From Spirochaetales bacterium (GTDB taxonomy: Bacteria; Spirochaetota; Spirochaetia; JABEVK01), in contig JBAXAI010000041.1 in assembly GCA_037142615.1 (NCBI GenBank), positions 1 to 29,620 of the forward strand: 29,620 nt of DNA, in the 5' to 3' direction. The notes under the pieces were generated by a model. The model saw only the letters and a program-made list of their open reading frames with translations, had not been told where the DNA came from and did no database searches. Position numbers and translations under genes: made by a program. This document shows, one piece after another, positions 15,220 to 25,521 of the stretch; position 1 is the stretch's first letter, and the number at the start of each line of letters is the position of its first letter.

Positions 15220-17958
15220 ATGAAAACTTTGCGTACGTTGGGCATCCTGTTCCTTGTGCTCGCTCCCTTTGCGCTTTCGGCGCAGAGCGCGATCAAGCCG
15301 GTCACCAAGGCCGAAATCCCCAAGTTGCTGCAAGTGCCCAGCCCCGACTGGCGCGATCAGATTGTGTACTTCGTGATGACCGACCGGTTCTTTGACGGCA
15401 ACACCGCCAATTCCGACCAAAAGAAAGGCGAATACGACCCCACGACCAACGCCAAGTTCTCGGGTGGCGACCTCGCCGGAGTGACGCAGAAACTCGACTA
15501 CATCAAGGGCCTGGGCGCGACCAGCCTGTGGATCACGCCGCCGGTGGCCAACCAGTGGTGGAGCCCCATGGACCAGTACGGCGGTTACCACGGCTACTGG
15601 GCCGAGAACTTCAAAGAGGTCGACAAGCATCTGGGTTCGCTGGCCGACTACCAGTTGCTTTCGGCCACCTTGCACAAGAACGGCATGTACCTAATTCAGG
15701 ACATTGTCGCCAACCACACCGGCAACTTCTTCAAGTTCGACAACCCCGGCGACACCGATGACCCGACCAATCCCAAGTGGCAACCGACGGTGAACACGGG
15801 CTCTGTTCCCATTCTCAAGCCCACGCAGAAGCCTTTCGACCAGAACGATTTCACCAAGGCAGCCGACCGCAAGGCCGACATCTACCACTGGACTCCCGAA
15901 ATTCGCAACCCGAACAACAAGACCGAGATGCAGAACTACCAGCTTTCGAGCCTCGATGACCTCAACACCGAGAACCCGGTTGTCATCAACGCGCTTATCG
16001 ACAGCTACAACTACTGGATCAAGAACGTTGGCGTCGACGCCTTCCGCATCGACACGGTGAAGTACGTGCCCCACGACTTCTGGAACGTGTTCCACTACAA
16101 CGAAGACAAAAAGTACCCCGGCATCATTCCCTACGCCGCCAGCCTGGGTAAAAAGGACTTCTTCACCTTTGGCGAGGACTACGAGTCTTCGTCTCCCTAC
16201 GGCGAAAAAGTCGACAAGACGATGGCGAGCTACTTGGGCACGCCCGACTTCCCCGAGCTCAAGAGCTCGATCAACTATTCACTCTATTGGGACCTGCGCG
16301 ACGTGTTCCAAAAAGGACGACCCACCGACCAGTTGACGGCGCGCTTCAAGAGCCAGTACAAGGCTTTCAAGGACCCCAGCCTGCTGATCAACTTCATCGA
16401 CAACCACGACAACTCGCGCTTCCTCGCGTCGGCCGACAAGACCTCGATGCAGCAGGCGCTGGCGTTCTTGTACACCATCCCCGGCATCCCGGTGGTGTAC
16501 TACGGTACCGAGCAGGACTTCACCGACACCCGCGCCTCGATGTTTGCCAAGGGCTTCGGCAGCGGTGGCACCGACCACTTCGACGCCAGCAGCCCCACCT
16601 ACGCCTACCTGAAGGCGCTGGCCGACTTGCGTACCAGCGAAAAAGAGTTCAGCCACGGCAAACTGCAGGTGGTGCGCGATTCCGGTGGCGCCGGGGTGTT
16701 TGCCTACACGACCACCTACAATGGCCGCACGGCGCTGGTGGCCATCAACACGGCGTCCAACACCATGGTGCTCGACAACGGCGTCACGGGCCTCAAGGAA
16801 GGTGCCGTGTTGAAGCGACTCTTCGGGCTCAACGACGACCTGAGTGGCGACGACGCTGTGCTTGCCGGTACGTCGCGCTACGACACGCTGACCATCGGGG
16901 CCGGTGGCATCGTGAACGCGGTGCTCGCCCCTCGCAGCGTGGTTGTTTTGGCCATCAATGCTGCCGTCGATCCTGCGGTCGCCAAACTGGCCCCGGCGAT
17001 TGCCCCTTTCCCCGCCGTGGGCGCCCCGGTTATCACCGGTTTGGCCGACAAGAACCTTGTGGTAAAGCTCGATGCTCAAAAACTGCCCGTCTTCCCCGGC
17101 AACGTCGACCTCGTGGGAACCGTTCCTGCGGTATCCGGTCCGAGGTTGCTCGTCAACGGCAACTTGGCCTCCGCTAGCCCGGTTACGGTGAACGCGGACG
17201 GAACGTGGAAGGGCACGCTGCCGGTTATTTCTTTTGACAACGGCACTTACAACGTGGTGATTCAGGGCCGCACCAAGGACGGAAGCCTGTACCTCAGCAG
17301 TCCCTACCGCTTCAGCGTTGTGCTGGCGTACACGAGCCGAGCCACCTACGACGATCCGGTGGGCGATGACCATGGTCCTGGCGGCGCCTACAAGTACCCG
17401 AAGCACGACAGCTTCACCAACCAGAATGACATCAAGGGCGTCGAGGTGCTGACAGCCGGCAGTAACCTGCAGGTCAAGATCACGATGGCAAGCGCGCTGA
17501 CGACCAGCTGGCAAGGCCCCAACGGCTTCGACCACGTGCACTTCTACCTGTACCTGAACGTGCCCGGCGTGACGCCGACGTCGGACCTGCTTCCGACCCA
17601 AAACGGGAAGACGCCGTCCGGCTTCGTCTGGAACCGCAAGGCCTTCTTCGGTGGCTGGGACAACGCGCTGTTCAGTGCCAACAGCGCCAGCATGGCCGCG
17701 AATGGGGCGGGTGCCAGCCCTGCCGGGAACATCACGCTCGACAGGGCCAAAAACCAAGTGCTCTACACGATGTCGGGGGTCGGCCTTGGTGGACCGAAAA
17801 CGCTCAGCGGCCTGCAGTTGTACCTCACCACGTGGGACTACGACGGGCTCGAAAGCGCCAACCGCAAGATGACGCCCGAGGGAGGCGACTACATCTACAT
17901 CGGTCCCACCGGCGGGCCGCTGGTGATGGACGACACCGCGGTGATAACGCTGCCATGA
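15220..17958 (+). CDS. Secreted GH13 alpha-amylase/cyclomaltodextrinase-like enzyme with C-terminal glucodextranase DOMON-like domain
   Basis: GGAGG RBS and signal peptide. YFVMTDRFFDG, GGDLAG, YHGYW, DIVANH, FRIDTVKYV, FGED, FIDNHD, GIPVVYYGTEQ. C-terminal DPVGDDHGPGGAYKYP and WQGPNGFDH. Confidence 0.9.
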   Translation: MKTLRTLGILFLVLAPFALSAQSAIKPVTKAEIPKLLQVPSPDWRDQIVYFVMTDRFFDGNTANSDQKKGEYDPTTNAKFSGGDLAGVTQKLDYIKGLGATSLWITPPVANQWWSPMDQYGGYHGYWAENFKEVDKHLGSLADYQLLSATLHKNGMYLIQDIVANHTGNFFKFDNPGDTDDPTNPKWQPTVNTGSVPILKPTQKPFDQNDFTKAADRKADIYHWTPEIRNPNNKTEMQNYQLSSLDDLNTENPVVINALIDSYNYWIKNVGVDAFRIDTVKYVPHDFWNVFHYNEDKKYPGIIPYAASLGKKDFFTFGEDYESSSPYGEKVDKTMASYLGTPDFPELKSSINYSLYWDLRDVFQKGRPTDQLTARFKSQYKAFKDPSLLINFIDNHDNSRFLASADKTSMQQALAFLYTIPGIPVVYYGTEQDFTDTRASMFAKGFGSGGTDHFDASSPTYAYLKALADLRTSEKEFSHGKLQVVRDSGGAGVFAYTTTYNGRTALVAINTASNTMVLDNGVTGLKEGAVLKRLFGLNDDLSGDDAVLAGTSRYDTLTIGAGGIVNAVLAPRSVVVLAINAAVDPAVAKLAPAIAPFPAVGAPVITGLADKNLVVKLDAQKLPVFPGNVDLVGTVPAVSGPRLLVNGNLASASPVTVNADGTWKGTLPVISFDNGTYNVVIQGRTKDGSLYLSSPYRFSVVLAYTSRATYDDPVGDDHGPGGAYKYPKHDSFTNQNDIKGVEVLTAGSNLQVKITMASALTTSWQGPNGFDHVHFYLYLNVPGVTPTSDLLPTQNGKTPSGFVWNRKAFFGGWDNALFSANSASMAANGAGASPAGNITLDRAKNQVLYTMSGVGLGGPKTLSGLQLYLTTWDYDGLESANRKMTPEGGDYIYIGPTGGPLVMDDTAVITLP

Positions 17959-18884
17959 AGAAGCTTTTCAGAATCCTAGTGCTGGTCGGCATCGCATCTC
18001 TTGCGCCGGCGCTGTCGGCCCAGGACAGCACCGAGGGCGCGGGCCGCTACGACCCGGCGGTGCCCATCGAGGAGGCCTTTGCCACCTGGCAGATCGTCGA
18101 CGCGCACGCGCACTTTGGCAAGGCCGGCACCTTTGACCTGCCGGTGCGCACGCTCACTGACTCGATGGACAGCTACGGCATCGCGCGCGCCCTGGTGTCC
18201 GACGTCGAGGGGCTGGAGTACGACGGCAACGGCAAGCTCATCCCCGCCACCAAGGCCTTCACCCAAATGCAGGTCGCCAAGAAGACCGTGCAGGTGGTGC
18301 AGGCGTCCAAGGGTCGTCTTTACGGGCTGGTCTGGATCCGACCCCACAACGAAACGGTCACCAAGGAGTTCCGCGACTACCTCAAAGCCAACCGCAAGTG
18401 GCTGGTGGGCCTGAAATTCCACCCCTGGCACTCGCAACTGGCCATCGACGATAAGAAGCTCGAGCCTTACCTCGCGCTCGCGAAGGAGCTCAAGCTGCCC
18501 GTGTTGGTGCACACCTCGGTCGACGATAACTCGCTGGTGTCGCATGTGGTGAATGCGGCCAAGTCGCACCCTGACGTGAACTTCCTTGCCGGCCACATGA
18601 ACATGGGCGGCGACAAGGCCGAGATCATTGCGGCCCTGCACGACCTACCCAACCTGTACGGCGACACGGCTGGTTTTTTCGGCGAAGAGGACCTGCTGAA
18701 GGCCATCCAGACCGATGGGGCCGAGAAGTTGTTGTTTGGTACCGACGCGCCGGTGGGCGGTGACGATACCTACGCCGCCAGCTATCGCGCCTGGGATGCT
18801 CTTCGGTCCCAACTGACCACGGAACAAATGGACAACCTGTTGCACGACAACGCTTTGCGCTTGTTTGGTCTTCCTCCTCTATGA
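17955..18884 (+). CDS. Amidohydrolase_2 family metal-dependent hydrolase with signal peptide
   Basis: ATGA overlap. VDAHAH, GLKFHP, PVLVHT, AGHM, LLFGTDAP, DNALRLFG. Confidence 0.85.
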   Translation: MKKLFRILVLVGIASLAPALSAQDSTEGAGRYDPAVPIEEAFATWQIVDAHAHFGKAGTFDLPVRTLTDSMDSYGIARALVSDVEGLEYDGNGKLIPATKAFTQMQVAKKTVQVVQASKGRLYGLVWIRPHNETVTKEFRDYLKANRKWLVGLKFHPWHSQLAIDDKKLEPYLALAKELKLPVLVHTSVDDNSLVSHVVNAAKSHPDVNFLAGHMNMGGDKAEIIAALHDLPNLYGDTAGFFGEEDLLKAIQTDGAEKLLFGTDAPVGGDDTYAASYRAWDALRSQLTTEQMDNLLHDNALRLFGLPPL

Positions 18885-20731
18885 GCCATGCTAAGCTGGA
18901 CTTGGGCCAAATCCGGCCCCAAGGCTGGTTGCTCGAGTTGCTGCAACGGCAAGCCAACGGGCTGACCGGGCACATCGCCGAGTCGGGCTACCCGTTCGAC
19001 ACTTGCCTGTGGGCCGGTGAGAAGATGGAGGCTTCGCCAGCGGCGCGTGGCTCGCCCACCGCGTGGTGGCCTTACGAGCAGACGGCCTACTACCTCGACG
19101 GTGCCGTCCGGTTGGCGCACCTTCTGGGTGCGGATACCGAGGCCGGGGCCAAACTGTTGGACCTGGTGCGCGCCAACCACGCGTGGGTGAAAAGCCACGT
19201 TCGCGCCGACGGCAGGTTTGGCACGGTGCTCACCGAGCGCTGGCGGCATTGGCCGTACGCCAGCTTCGCCCGGTCGGTGATGGCCGAGTACGAGGCGACC
19301 GGGGACCCATCGCTGGTCGAACTGTTGCACCGCCACTACCTCACCTTCGAGGCCGCCGACTTTGCCGATGTGCTCGAGCTGGCTAACGTCGAGGCGCTGC
19401 TGTGGGTGCACGGGCACACGGGCGATGCGCGCTTGCTGGCGCTCGCCGAAGAGGCGTACCGGCTGTTCCGGGCCACTCCGGCCTACCGCGAATGGTTTGG
19501 CTGCGACCTGGATTTCGCCTCCGATCAGCCACCGACGACGCATGGGGTGGTGTACCTCGAGCTGCTGAAAATCCCCGCCTTGCTCTACGCCGCCACCGGG
19601 CACCAGGAGTATTTGGACCACGCGCTGAACGGTACCAAGACCATGGAAGCGAACTCGCTGCTGGTCTCAGGTCTGCCGAGCTCCACCGAGCACTTTGAGG
19701 GGCGGGATGAGGCCTGCGGCCACGAAACCTGCAACACGGCGGTGTTGCCCTATACCTACGGGGCGCTGCTGCGCGTCACCGGCGACCCGGTGTTTGCCGA
19801 CCGCATCGAAAGGGCCGTGTTCAACGCCGGGCTCGGCTCGGTGAGCAAGGATTTTGCCACCCACCAGTATTTCTCGGCACCCAACCAGCCGGTGGTCGGC
19901 CCCACAAGCAACCCGTACGGGCACCACCCGGCGAGGATGGCCTACCAGAAGGCCCACGACGTGCAGTGCTGCACCGGCAACGTGAACCGCTTTGTGCCGT
20001 ACTTCACCGAACTCCTGTGGATGCTGGAGCGACCACCCGGGGGACAGACCTCGCTGGCCACGCTCACCGCCGCGCTCTACGCCCCCTGCGAGGTGACCGC
20101 CGAAGTAGCTCCCGGCGTGGTGGTGACCCTTACCGAGGCGACCAACTACCCCTTTGGCGACACCGTGACGTTCACGCTGCGTTTGCCTCGACCGACGCGC
20201 TTTCGCCTTCAGTTGCGCATTCCCGGCTGGTGCACCGGGGCCACGGTGGCGGTCGGTGGCAGCACGGTGGCCGGGCCAGGCAGCACCACGTTGCCCACCC
20301 CCGGGTCCTTTTTCTCCTTGGAGCGCGAGTTTGCCGAGGGCGATATCGTGACGCTCACGCTGCCCCGTGTGGTGACGACGTCCAATTGGCCCAACGGCGG
20401 CACGGCCTTCGAATATGGCCCGTTGGTGTTCAGTTTGCCGGTGGGCGAGGGCGCCGCGTGGAATTGGGCCCTGTCGGGCACCGGCGCGCGGCCAGTGGAA
20501 GGCCCACACCTTGGCTTCCCGTGGGACCCCGCACACACGCCACTGCGGTTGCACGTTCGCTTCCGGCGTCTCCCAGCTTGGAAGCTGCTCACCCGGCTCG
20601 ACAAACGCCACGGCAAAAAGGTCACGGTGTGCCCCGGGTTCCCCAAAAACCGCCGCACCGCCGGACCCGAGACCGAGCTCGAGCTCCTCCCGTACGGGTG
20701 CACCACCGCCCGCATCACGGTGTTCCCTTGA
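18881..20731 (+). CDS. GH127/GH146-like beta-L-arabinofuranosidase family glycoside hydrolase
   Basis: IRPQGWL, WWPYEQ, HGV, STEHF, HETCN, DRIERAVFNA, QCCTGN, TNYPF, LRIPGW, GPLVF, LLPYG. Confidence 0.85.
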   Translation: MSHAKLDLGQIRPQGWLLELLQRQANGLTGHIAESGYPFDTCLWAGEKMEASPAARGSPTAWWPYEQTAYYLDGAVRLAHLLGADTEAGAKLLDLVRANHAWVKSHVRADGRFGTVLTERWRHWPYASFARSVMAEYEATGDPSLVELLHRHYLTFEAADFADVLELANVEALLWVHGHTGDARLLALAEEAYRLFRATPAYREWFGCDLDFASDQPPTTHGVVYLELLKIPALLYAATGHQEYLDHALNGTKTMEANSLLVSGLPSSTEHFEGRDEACGHETCNTAVLPYTYGALLRVTGDPVFADRIERAVFNAGLGSVSKDFATHQYFSAPNQPVVGPTSNPYGHHPARMAYQKAHDVQCCTGNVNRFVPYFTELLWMLERPPGGQTSLATLTAALYAPCEVTAEVAPGVVVTLTEATNYPFGDTVTFTLRLPRPTRFRLQLRIPGWCTGATVAVGGSTVAGPGSTTLPTPGSFFSLEREFAEGDIVTLTLPRVVTTSNWPNGGTAFEYGPLVFSLPVGEGAAWNWALSGTGARPVEGPHLGFPWDPAHTPLRLHVRFRRLPAWKLLTRLDKRHGKKVTVCPGFPKNRRTAGPETELELLPYGCTTARITVFP

Positions 20732-22359
20732 GCCACCCCGGAAGCGGCCACAGCGAGTGGTGGAAGTCGGCCGTCTTTTACCAGATCTACCCGCGCAGCT
20801 TTGCCGACGCCAACGGCGACGGTATCGGTGACTTCTTGGGGATGACGAGCAAACTCAACTACCTGAAGGAGTTGGGTGTTGACGCCCTGTGGCTCTCGCC
20901 ACACTTCCCGTCGGCCAACAAAGACTTCGGCTACGACATCACCAATTACGAGGGCGTCGGTGCCGAGTATGGCACGATGGCCGACTTCGACGCGTTCTTG
21001 GCCCGGGCGCATGGGCTGGGGCTCAAGGTTATCCTCGACTGGGTGGTCAACCACACCAGCGACGAGCACCCGTGGTTTCTCGAGTCAAAACAAAGCCGCG
21101 ACAACCCCAAGGCCGACTGGTACGTGTGGGAAACCGAAAAACCCAACAACTGGCAGTCGCTGTTTGAGGGTGACGCCTGGACCTGGAGCCCCGAGCGCAG
21201 CCAGTACTACTATCACTTCTTCCTCAAGGAGCAGCCCGACCTCAACTGGCACAACCCCGAGGTGCAGGCCGCCGTGTGGAAGGCCATCCGCTTTTGGCTC
21301 GACAAAGGCGTCGACGGCCTACGGCTGGATGCCATCGGCACCGTGTTCGAAGACCCCCAGCGCCGCGATCACCGGGCCGGCCTCACCATCGCCGAAGTGA
21401 AGAGGTTCAACGCCCGGGTCAAGACCGAAGAGGATCGCCGCCAGAACGACCGAAACTGGCGCCTGATGTTCGAGTACCAGAACAGCACCAAGTTCGGCGT
21501 GCACGACCTGCTCAAAGAACTGCGGACTCTTGTAGCCGGCTACCCCGGCGACCGGGTGCTCGTCGGCGAAGAGGCCCACCCCAGCTACTACGGCAACGGC
21601 CACGACGAGCTGCAACTGGTGTTCAATTTTCCGCTGATGTTCTCGGTGCCGCTGACCCCGGCCAAGATCCGCCACAACCAGCGCTACCGCACTCGGCAGC
21701 TCGACCGGGTGTCGCCCGACTGCTGGCCTTGCAACACGTTGGGCAATCACGACGTCAGCCGGGTTGCCAGCCGCAGCGGGAACCATCCCGGCGTCAATCG
21801 CCTGAACACCTTGCTCTTGGCCACCTTGCGCGGAACGCCGTTCTTCTACAATGGGGAGGAATTGGGCATGGTCGACCACCTGTTCTGGGGTGAGGGGCAA
21901 CTGCTCGATAGCCCAGCGCTGTGGTACGCCGAGGTGCTCGAAACGGAGCATGGCCTGCCGCGCGGCGAAGCACGCCGACAAGCGGCCCTTTCGGGTCGCG
22001 ACAAGCTGCGTACCCCGCTGCCGTGGGACCGTGAGGGCTGGACCAACCCGTGGCTGCCGCATCACCCCAACCACAAGGACGGCCTCAATGTCGCCGACCA
22101 GACCGGCGACCCGGCGTCGATGCTTGAGTTCACGCGCCAGATTCTGGCCCTGCGCCGTCGGTACCCAGCGCTGCAGGTGGGCCAGCAGGAAGTCCTGTTG
22201 CCTCGCTCGCGCACGCTTTTGGCGTTTCGGCGTTTCACGGCTTCCGAAAGTCTGCTGATCGTGATGAACTGGAGCGACAAGCCCCGCGAGTTGACGTTGA
22301 GCGGGCACGAGTTCCAGCTGCCAGCGTGGGGCTGGTCTGTCACCGAGGAGAAGCCATGA
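20728..22359 (+). CDS. GH13 alpha-glucosidase / oligo-1,6-glucosidase
   Basis: TTG start overlapping the previous stop. WWKSAVFYQIYPRSF, DGIGD, DFGYD, VVNHTS, QPDLNW, GLRLDAI, VGEE, GNHD, YNGEELGM, RTP. Confidence 0.9.
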   Translation: MSHPGSGHSEWWKSAVFYQIYPRSFADANGDGIGDFLGMTSKLNYLKELGVDALWLSPHFPSANKDFGYDITNYEGVGAEYGTMADFDAFLARAHGLGLKVILDWVVNHTSDEHPWFLESKQSRDNPKADWYVWETEKPNNWQSLFEGDAWTWSPERSQYYYHFFLKEQPDLNWHNPEVQAAVWKAIRFWLDKGVDGLRLDAIGTVFEDPQRRDHRAGLTIAEVKRFNARVKTEEDRRQNDRNWRLMFEYQNSTKFGVHDLLKELRTLVAGYPGDRVLVGEEAHPSYYGNGHDELQLVFNFPLMFSVPLTPAKIRHNQRYRTRQLDRVSPDCWPCNTLGNHDVSRVASRSGNHPGVNRLNTLLLATLRGTPFFYNGEELGMVDHLFWGEGQLLDSPALWYAEVLETEHGLPRGEARRQAALSGRDKLRTPLPWDREGWTNPWLPHHPNHKDGLNVADQTGDPASMLEFTRQILALRRRYPALQVGQQEVLLPRSRTLLAFRRFTASESLLIVMNWSDKPRELTLSGHEFQLPAWGWSVTEEKP

Positions 22360-25300
22360 AGTTCGCACCGCTCACGCGTCTGCCCGCCGCGACGAGACCC
22401 CAAGGTTGGGTCGCCCGCCTGATGGAGAAAGACTTCCGCGAAGGTTTCGTGGGCCACCTCGACAAGTTGGTTCCTTCACTCTTCCTGGACGACATCTACG
22501 GGTCCGACCGCCTCACCAACGCCGTGAAAAGCAAGGACGTCGGCGCGACAACCGGCGTCGACAACGAGAACTCGGCCCAGTTCTTATGGTGGAACAGCGA
22601 AACGCAGTCCAACTGGCGCGACGGCTGGCTGCGCCACGCCCTGCTCGTCGGCGGCGACGAAGGACGACGCCAAGCCGACGTGTACGTGAAGCGGGTGCTT
22701 GCAACCCAGGACGCCGACGGCTACTTGGGCATCTACGCTCCCGATCTTCGCTACCGCTTTTCGGGCGAGAACGGCGAGTTATGGGCGCAGGCCACCCTGC
22801 TGCGCGGACTGCTGGCCTATTACGAACTCACCGTCGAACAACGGGTGCTCGACGCGGTGGTGCGGGCGGTCAAACTGACCCGCGAGGCGTGGCCGCTCCC
22901 GAAGTCGCGGCCGTTTCAGCAGCCGGGTTCGTTTGCGGGCAACGCGCATGGCCTGATGTTCGTCGACGTGCTCGACCGTCTGGCCGATTTGACCGGCGAC
23001 CTGAGCTACAGGGACTACGCTGTGCTGCTCTACGAGGACTACTGCCGAAGTGACGTCTCCGAGCCCGACAGCCAACTGCAAAATCTGCTCGACCCGGCGT
23101 ACCGCTTTGCCGGGCACGGCGTGCACACGTGGGAGCACCTGCGGGCCCTGGTGCTCGCTGCCACGCACGCGCCGCGACCCGAGTTTGACCTGGCGCTGGG
23201 CGCGTACCTGCGTCGCCTGGACGAATGCCTTTTGCCGTCCGGTGCGCCTATCGGCGACGAGTGGATTTCTGGCCGCTGGGCCGATGCCGACGAAACGGCA
23301 ACCGAGTATTGCTCGATTCTTGAGCTCCTGGACGGTTACCTGCTGTTGCTGGCCAAGACCGGCGACGCGCTTTGGGCCGACCGGGCCGAGCATCTGCTGT
23401 TCAACGCGGCCCTCGGGGCCCGGCACCCGCACGAGGCCTCGATCGCCTATCTGAAGACCGACAATTCCTATTCGATGACCGGGGTGAAGCATCACGACCG
23501 CCGGGAAGAAGACGACGCGACGCAGACGCGCTACCGCTACTCGCCCGCGCACCAGGAGGCGGCCGTTTGCTGTGTGCCCAACGCGGGCAAGGTGTTCCCG
23601 AGCGCTGTGCAGTCGCAAGTGCTGCTGGGTGCGGCTGGGCCCGTGGTCGCGCTCTACGGTGCCTCGGTCAGCCGCCTGGCTTGGGCTGGAACCGCCGTCA
23701 CGCTGGAACAGATCACCGCGTGGCCCGACGACTTGCGGGTGGTCTTGCGCCTTGACCCCGAGCGGCCGGTGGAGTTCACGCTGAGCCTGCGACGCCCCGC
23801 TTGGGCCGTGAGCGTCGAGGTGGACTGTTTTGGTGCCGTAGTCGATACGTCGGGCCCGTGGCTGCAAATCACCAAGACTTGGACAGCGGGCGACCGTGTT
23901 GAGCTCGAGTTTCGTTGCGAGGTCGAACTGGGGACAGACCTCCGCGGGCAGAAGTATTTTCAGCGGGGGCCGCTGGTGTATGCGCTCCCGCTGGACCACC
24001 GCACCGAAGTCACGCGGGAATGGCCGTTCGGCGGCTTCCGCGAGTCGCTGGCCTGGCCCATCGACGGCGAGGCAGCCCAACGCTTTTTGCCGGCCGATGT
24101 GCTGACGCGTGCCGTGGCCCACCGGGGCTACCTCGTCGTTCCGCTGGCAGACGAGCAAGGCAACCAGACCCTGACGAGGTTGGTCCCCCTCAAGGAAACG
24201 CTTCTGCGCCGCGTCACCTTTGCCGCTTCGGCAGCTTACTTGAAGCCACACCTCGACGAAATTGCCGACCGCGTCGCAGCCCGCTGGCCCTCGGTTCCCA
24301 ACCTGGCGCGGCTCTACCGCAACGCGTACCCCAACACCCTCCAGACGACCCTTCGGACTTTGGCCGACGGGAGCGTGTTCCTGCTGACGGGCGATATCCC
24401 CGCCATGTGGCTGCGCGATTCGACCGCACAAGTGCACCACTATCTGCCGATGGCCACGCTTCCCGAGCTCCAAACGGTGTTCGAGGGCCTGTTGAAACGC
24501 CAGTTCGCCAGCATCCTGCTCGATCCGTACGCCAACGCGTTCAATGCCGAGCCGAACAACGCCGGGCACAAGACCGACCTGACGGAACACAACCCGTGGG
24601 TGTGGGAGCGAAAGTACGAGGTCGACTCGCTGTGTTCCCCCCTCCAATTGGCCTGGAAGTACTGGAAGGCCACCGGCGTCACGCGCCACTTCACGCCCGA
24701 GTTCCATCAGGCGGCGTTGCGTATCGTCGATCTGTGGACCGTCGAACAGAACCACCGCGAGTTTTCGACCTACCGGTTCACGCGCCAGAATTGCCCGCCG
24801 CACGATACCATCCACCACGAGGGCCAAGGGGCTCCGGTGGCCTACACCGGCCTCACGTGGTCGGGCTTCCGGCCCAGCGACGACGCCTGCGTGTACGGCT
24901 ACAACCTTGCACAAAACGCCTTCGCCGCTGTCGTGCTCGGCTATCTGGCCGAGATCGGGCGCGTCCTCTACGACGACTCGGTGCTCGTCGGGCACGCCGA
25001 GAGGCTCGAGCGGGAAATTCGGGAAGCGATCGCAGTCCACGGCGTGGTGAGCCACCCGGAGTTTGGCCGTATCTACGCCTACGAACTCGACGGCCTGGGC
25101 CACCACCTGCTGCAGGACGACGCCAACCTGCCCAATCTGCTGTCGCTCCCCTACCTCGGGTTCTGCCGCGCCGACGACGAGGTCTACCAAAACACCCGCC
25201 GCTTTTGTCTCAGCCCCGCGAATCCCTACTACTTCGAAGGCACCAAGGCCCGGGGTCTCGGGAGTCCTCACACGCCACCGGACTACATCTGGCCGCTCGG

Positions 25301-25502
25301 GCTGAGCGTCCAGGGCCTCACCGCCGCCGAACCCGCCGAGCGAGACGAGCTCCTTGCCCTGCTGGCGCGTACCGACGCCGACACCGGGTGGCTTCACGAG
25401 GGCTTCCACGCCGACCACCCGGAACGCTACACTCGGCCGTGGTTTGCGTGGGCCAATTCGTTGTTCGCCGAGTTTGTGGAGCGAAGCCTCGACCCCCGCT
25501 GA
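22356..25502 (+). CDS. Fusion of a GH127-like domain (to about 24221) and a GH125 exo-alpha-1,6-mannosidase domain
   Basis: GAGGAG RBS. GH127 motifs HGV, GDEW, TEYCS, VCCVPN, RGPLVYAL. GH125 motifs TGDIPAMWLRDS, DPYANAF, VWERKYEVDSL, SGFRPSDD, DDANLPNLLSLPYLG, GSPHT, HEGF, FAWANSLFAE. Confidence 0.85.
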   Translation: MKFAPLTRLPAATRPQGWVARLMEKDFREGFVGHLDKLVPSLFLDDIYGSDRLTNAVKSKDVGATTGVDNENSAQFLWWNSETQSNWRDGWLRHALLVGGDEGRRQADVYVKRVLATQDADGYLGIYAPDLRYRFSGENGELWAQATLLRGLLAYYELTVEQRVLDAVVRAVKLTREAWPLPKSRPFQQPGSFAGNAHGLMFVDVLDRLADLTGDLSYRDYAVLLYEDYCRSDVSEPDSQLQNLLDPAYRFAGHGVHTWEHLRALVLAATHAPRPEFDLALGAYLRRLDECLLPSGAPIGDEWISGRWADADETATEYCSILELLDGYLLLLAKTGDALWADRAEHLLFNAALGARHPHEASIAYLKTDNSYSMTGVKHHDRREEDDATQTRYRYSPAHQEAAVCCVPNAGKVFPSAVQSQVLLGAAGPVVALYGASVSRLAWAGTAVTLEQITAWPDDLRVVLRLDPERPVEFTLSLRRPAWAVSVEVDCFGAVVDTSGPWLQITKTWTAGDRVELEFRCEVELGTDLRGQKYFQRGPLVYALPLDHRTEVTREWPFGGFRESLAWPIDGEAAQRFLPADVLTRAVAHRGYLVVPLADEQGNQTLTRLVPLKETLLRRVTFAASAAYLKPHLDEIADRVAARWPSVPNLARLYRNAYPNTLQTTLRTLADGSVFLLTGDIPAMWLRDSTAQVHHYLPMATLPELQTVFEGLLKRQFASILLDPYANAFNAEPNNAGHKTDLTEHNPWVWERKYEVDSLCSPLQLAWKYWKATGVTRHFTPEFHQAALRIVDLWTVEQNHREFSTYRFTRQNCPPHDTIHHEGQGAPVAYTGLTWSGFRPSDDACVYGYNLAQNAFAAVVLGYLAEIGRVLYDDSVLVGHAERLEREIREAIAVHGVVSHPEFGRIYAYELDGLGHHLLQDDANLPNLLSLPYLGFCRADDEVYQNTRRFCLSPANPYYFEGTKARGLGSPHTPPDYIWPLGLSVQGLTAAEPAERDELLALLARTDADTGWLHEGFHADHPERYTRPWFAWANSLFAEFVERSLDPR

Positions 25503-25521
25503 GACCAAGAAGGGGAACCTG

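Noticed and set aside
19966-20727. N-terminal extension of the 797-aa ORF suggesting a larger glucosidase
   Set aside because: It overlaps the GH127 gene in another frame and is low-complexity Arg-rich; homology starts at TTG 20728.
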